Of a stretch of 28,315 nt of DNA, positions 24,557 to 28,315 are shown one piece after another. The DNA comes from a virus (Duplodnaviria; Caudoviricetes). The stretch spans positions 1-28,315 of IMG/VR virus record IMGVR_UViG_3300038492_000301. One strand, written 5' to 3'. The notes under the pieces were generated by a model. The model was not told where the DNA came from. It made no database searches and saw only the letters and a program-made list of their open reading frames with translations. Made by a program: the position numbers and the translations under genes. Position 1 is the stretch's first letter; every line of letters starts with the position of its first letter.

Positions 24557-24967
24557 ATGGCAACGCCCGAAACGACTGTTGATGGAACTACTGTATTCCG
24601 CGCCGCTGACATGAATAAGTACCTTACCGCTGATGGAAGTAAACTCGCTGCAAAGATGTGGTGGGCGCGTATTTTCTACAACGGAGTCAGTACAGTCATT
24701 GACGGCACCATGGATACATCCGGCATCGTGACCGCGGTCTTTAACGGTGGAAACACTGAGGTCGATGTCACCCTAGCCGGATTCACTAATACTCCACAAG
24801 TTATTGTAGTTCCTACACTTGTAAGCTCAGCTTACTATGTCAAGCCCGTTACTATCACAAACGTACTAGCTTCCATCGCTTTTTATGATATCGACACTGG
24901 CGCTAAAATTGTGACCGGCGTTGAAGATACCGACATGTCTTTCACGATTCAAGTTATGGGCACGTAA
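24557..24967 (+). CDS. Small putative virion protein (fibre-tip/lectin-like)
   Basis: GGAG RBS; TVFRAADMN N-terminal motif and VTLAGFTNTPQVIV...FTIQVMG C-terminal pattern reminiscent of fibre tip domains. Confidence 0.55.
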   Translation: MATPETTVDGTTVFRAADMNKYLTADGSKLAAKMWWARIFYNGVSTVIDGTMDTSGIVTAVFNGGNTEVDVTLAGFTNTPQVIVVPTLVSSAYYVKPVTITNVLASIAFYDIDTGAKIVTGVEDTDMSFTIQVMGT

Positions 24968-24982
24968 GAAGGAGTCCCGACT

Positions 24983-27900
24983 ATGGCAGGGCAAGTACAG
25001 GTTCGGCTCGTCGCAAAAGATGATGCCACCAAAGTCTTCCGCCAATTCAAGAAGAATGCTGAGTCGTCCTTTGAGAATGTCGGGAAATCCGTCCAACTTA
25101 ATATCGATAGAGCCAACCGCGCCCTAGACAAGTTTGATGCTAAGCAAAAAACAGTAGCTCGAAACACTAAGAAAGAGACTGGCCTAGCTGGGGCTGCACT
25201 TGCGATCTTCGGAAAAGGCTGGCTTAAAGCTCTAGCTTCCGTTATCAAATTTGGATCAGCGGTCGCTATTATTAAGTCAGTCACGGCTGCGATTAAACTC
25301 GGCGTAGAAGTGTTCTCTCAGTTCGAAGTTGCAGCCCAAAGACTCTCAACCATTGGCGCATCTTCAGCAGAAGTAGACAAAATTAGGCAGTCCATTCTTG
25401 CATTATCCCCCGCGTTGGGAAATAGCCAGAACCTCATTGAGGCTACCTTCACTGCGTTAACCCGTGGTGCTCGGGATGCTGATCAAGCCTTACAGATTAC
25501 TCAAGTAGCAGCGGCCGGCGCAATCGGTCAGTTCGGTGATGTCAAAGAGGCAGTCTCACTTTTAACGCAGATCACGAATGCTTACAAAGGCGAGAACATT
25601 GATCTCACCAGCGCTATGGATAAATTGCAGGCTGTGGCGGCGTTGGGTAACGCGGAATTCAGGGATTTGATTCCTTCCTTAGGGCAAGCCCTCCCGATCG
25701 CAAAGTCCATGAACATCTCGTTCGACAATGCGGCAAACGCAATCGCTCAAATGGCAAAGGTCACTGGCTCCGCACAACGCGCAACGATTCAGTTCCGGGC
25801 AGTCCTCAACCAGATCGCACAGAGAGCGGCCCAGTTTGCTAAGGAAGGTGTGAATGTCCGAGAAATCCTAGGCGAGCGTAACGGCCTTGTCAAGGTCATG
25901 CGCCTAGTCCAACAATCGACCTCCGGCTCCCTGTTCGAGTTGCGTAAGTTCTTCACGAACATCCGGGCGATCAACGGTGCATCAATCCTCTCCGTGGAAA
26001 ACCTCAACGCTTTAGAGCAAGCCTTTTCAGCTGTTGAGGGGGCATCCGGACTTACCGAACGTAACTTGCAGATCGTCAACAACACACTCGGCAACACTTT
26101 CCAGAACACGATTAACGCCGTCCGTCAAGCCTTCTTGAAATTAGCTGGTGATGATTCCACGGCACTCCGGTCAGCTCTGGTTGGAATCGCCAATGTGTTC
26201 ATCACGCTCGGCAACAATGCTAATCAAATCCGCGGCTTTTTATCCTTACTCTCCCCCGTCGTTGGCGGACTCGTTGCCATCTTTGGAGGCTTAGCCACTG
26301 TTGTCCTAGCGATTGCAGACGGCTTAGCTCGACTCGGCGGAACGATTACGGCTATCACCGGCCAGATTACAGAGTTCACTGGCAAAGTTGCAGGACTCAT
26401 TCCTGGTCTCGGGGGCGTTGGAAAAGCGACTGAGGACTTCGGCCGTAACATGAAGGAAGCGGGACAGGAAGTTCTCTCCACCGGGACGATGATGGGCGAA
26501 CTCGCTAGCGTAACTGGCAAAGCTACCGTCAGCACGTTGGAAGCTCTCAACACAACCATGATCGACAACATTTCGAATATGGATAAAGTTGGGAAGCAGA
26601 CCGCGCTCATGACCGCACTCAATAACGAGCAAATCTCATCTCTTCAAAATCAGAACGCTGAGTTCCGTAAGCAAGCCTCCGCCACTGGAGAAGCAGAACA
26701 GGGCATCACTAAGCTCAACGCTGCAACTCAGGAACTCCGCACTACAGCTGTCCCTGCACTTAATGAAACCTCCGAAGCTACTGATAAGATCAAGTCTGCA
26801 ATGGAGAAAGGCCAGCAAGCAGCTGTCGGACAAACTTCTGCAATTAGAGGTCTTCTACCTGTCACGGCTGACGTTGTAAGACAAATGGATGCACTCGGCA
26901 TCAAGTTTGAAGACGTCCAAGCTAATGCAGAGAAGCTCCGTGGAGAGATCAATTTCCTCAACTCTGCATCTAAGGCGGCTAACACTGCGTTTGAAACTCT
27001 CTTCGGCAAGACTTTAGAGAAAGCTACTGAGGAGATGCAGGAAACCGTCGAGGCATTTAAGAATCTTCGTAATGAAGGCATCGTGCCTGTCGAGCGTCTT
27101 GTTAGTGATATCATTGCTGAGATCGACAAGATGTCCAAGCTCTTCGGGGCTGACTCGCAAATCGTGCAGCAACTCCAAATCCAATTGGATGCTATGGCCA
27201 CCAAGGCTGAGCAAGGCTTCAAACGTGTCTTCGGCTCTATGCCAAAAGAACTGGAAGAAGCAGCTCAAAAGACCATGAAGGCTTTCCGTGATATCATTGA
27301 TGGGGGAACCTTTCCCTTTGCTGAACTGACTAAGAAGATTGAAGCAGAGATCGCGAAACAGGAAAAAATCCTAGGCCCCAACTCTAAAGTAGTCATTGCT
27401 CTCAAAGAGATGCTCAAAGAACTATTCAAAGAAGGCCAACTAGGATTCAGGAGAGTCTTCGGCGCTTTACCAGAGGAGGCTGAAAAAGCTACCTCCAAGG
27501 CTATTGAAGAATTGCGTGACTTCGTTCCCAAAGGCCGAGCGTCTTTAGTTAAGTTCCGTGATGCAGTCAAAGCTGAAATGGATAAAGCTGCCGCACAGTT
27601 TGGAGAAAATTCACCATTCACCAGAGAATTGCGTCGTATGCTCGAAAGGGCTGAGGCTCAGTTAGGTGAAGGGCGTAACAAGATGAAGCGCATTCTGGAT
27701 CAGATTGGCGTGGACTTACAACTCCCAGCTGAAGGCGCTGCTGAGAAATTCCGCGAGGCTTTCCAAAGGATTATTGATTCCGGAAAGTTCACCCAGATCG
27801 AGATGCATGAAATCTTCATCAATCAAATTCGCCCACAATTGCTTAGGACTCCGGAAGGCGTCCCTCAAGTGTGGAATGCGAAGTTTGGTGAGGCTGGACG

Positions 27901-28298
27901 TGGCGCTCGTGAACTGCAACGGAATGTTGAAAGCAACATGAAGGGCATCTCAACTGCTACCAAGAAAGAAGCCAAGGTCTCTTCGGAAGCCATGAAATCT
28001 GCCTTGGAGGAGATGGGAGTTAACACCAAGCTCTTCACCGGCACATGGTTAGAGCAATCTGAGATTCGCCGTAACGCCATCCGGGAAGAAGTCAATGAAG
28101 CCACAAGCTTACTCGACCAATTCCGCGGCACCATGAACACCACCATGGACTTCGGTCAATCCTCCGATTCAATTCTAGGTGGAGCCGGCACAGACTTAGT
28201 TCGTTTCGAGAACATGACGACGCAACAGCTCCAGCAGCTGCTATCCAATCTCCAACTATCCAACACCGCACGGCAGAACATCCTTCAAATCCTGAAGG
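24983..28298 (+). CDS. Tail tape measure protein, 3'-truncated
   Basis: AAGGAG RBS; VRLVAKDDAT start, TP901-type tape measure core, Gly/Ala hydrophobic segment, long helical region. The apparent TGA lies within the primer sequence. Confidence 0.93.
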
Positions 28299-28315
28299 GA
28301 TCGTGACTGGGAAAC
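28299..28315 (-). other. Random-amplification (SISPA / round A-B) primer tag GTTTCCCAGTCACGATC; library artefact
   Basis: Terminal GATCGTGACTGGGAAAC is the exact reverse complement of this widely used primer and ends flush with the sequence. Confidence 0.9.

Overview
Fragment of a tailed dsDNA phage genome with an HK97-type head and a long, probably non-contractile tail. GH108 endolysin, a 3TM-type holin and a DUF1353 gene point to a Gram-negative host (inference). From left to right: four small leftward genes (1-776); a putative iteron-type origin/operator region with about 8 TGACA(C/T) boxes (840-1085); a rightward block with holin and small genes (1296-3352); a 1.15 kb region dense in predicted RNA structure (3351-4490); an Arg-rich small protein fused to an endonuclease VII nuclease; six fibre/decoration-like genes placed upstream of terminase; terS, terL, portal, protease, capsid and neck genes; two tail-tube paralogues and two lectin-like paralogues; tail chaperones with a GGGAAAC -1 frameshift; endolysin; and tape measure. 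The structured region holds a 13-nt perfect complement of the 16S rRNA 3' end, two candidate large ncRNAs and a circularly permuted tRNA-like element. This RNA cluster next to the nuclease fusion is the best candidate for an undescribed system. The last 17 nt are a random-amplification primer, so the tape measure gene is artificially truncated. All family calls come from motifs recognised by eye and all RNA structures from manual pairing; no searches were run.
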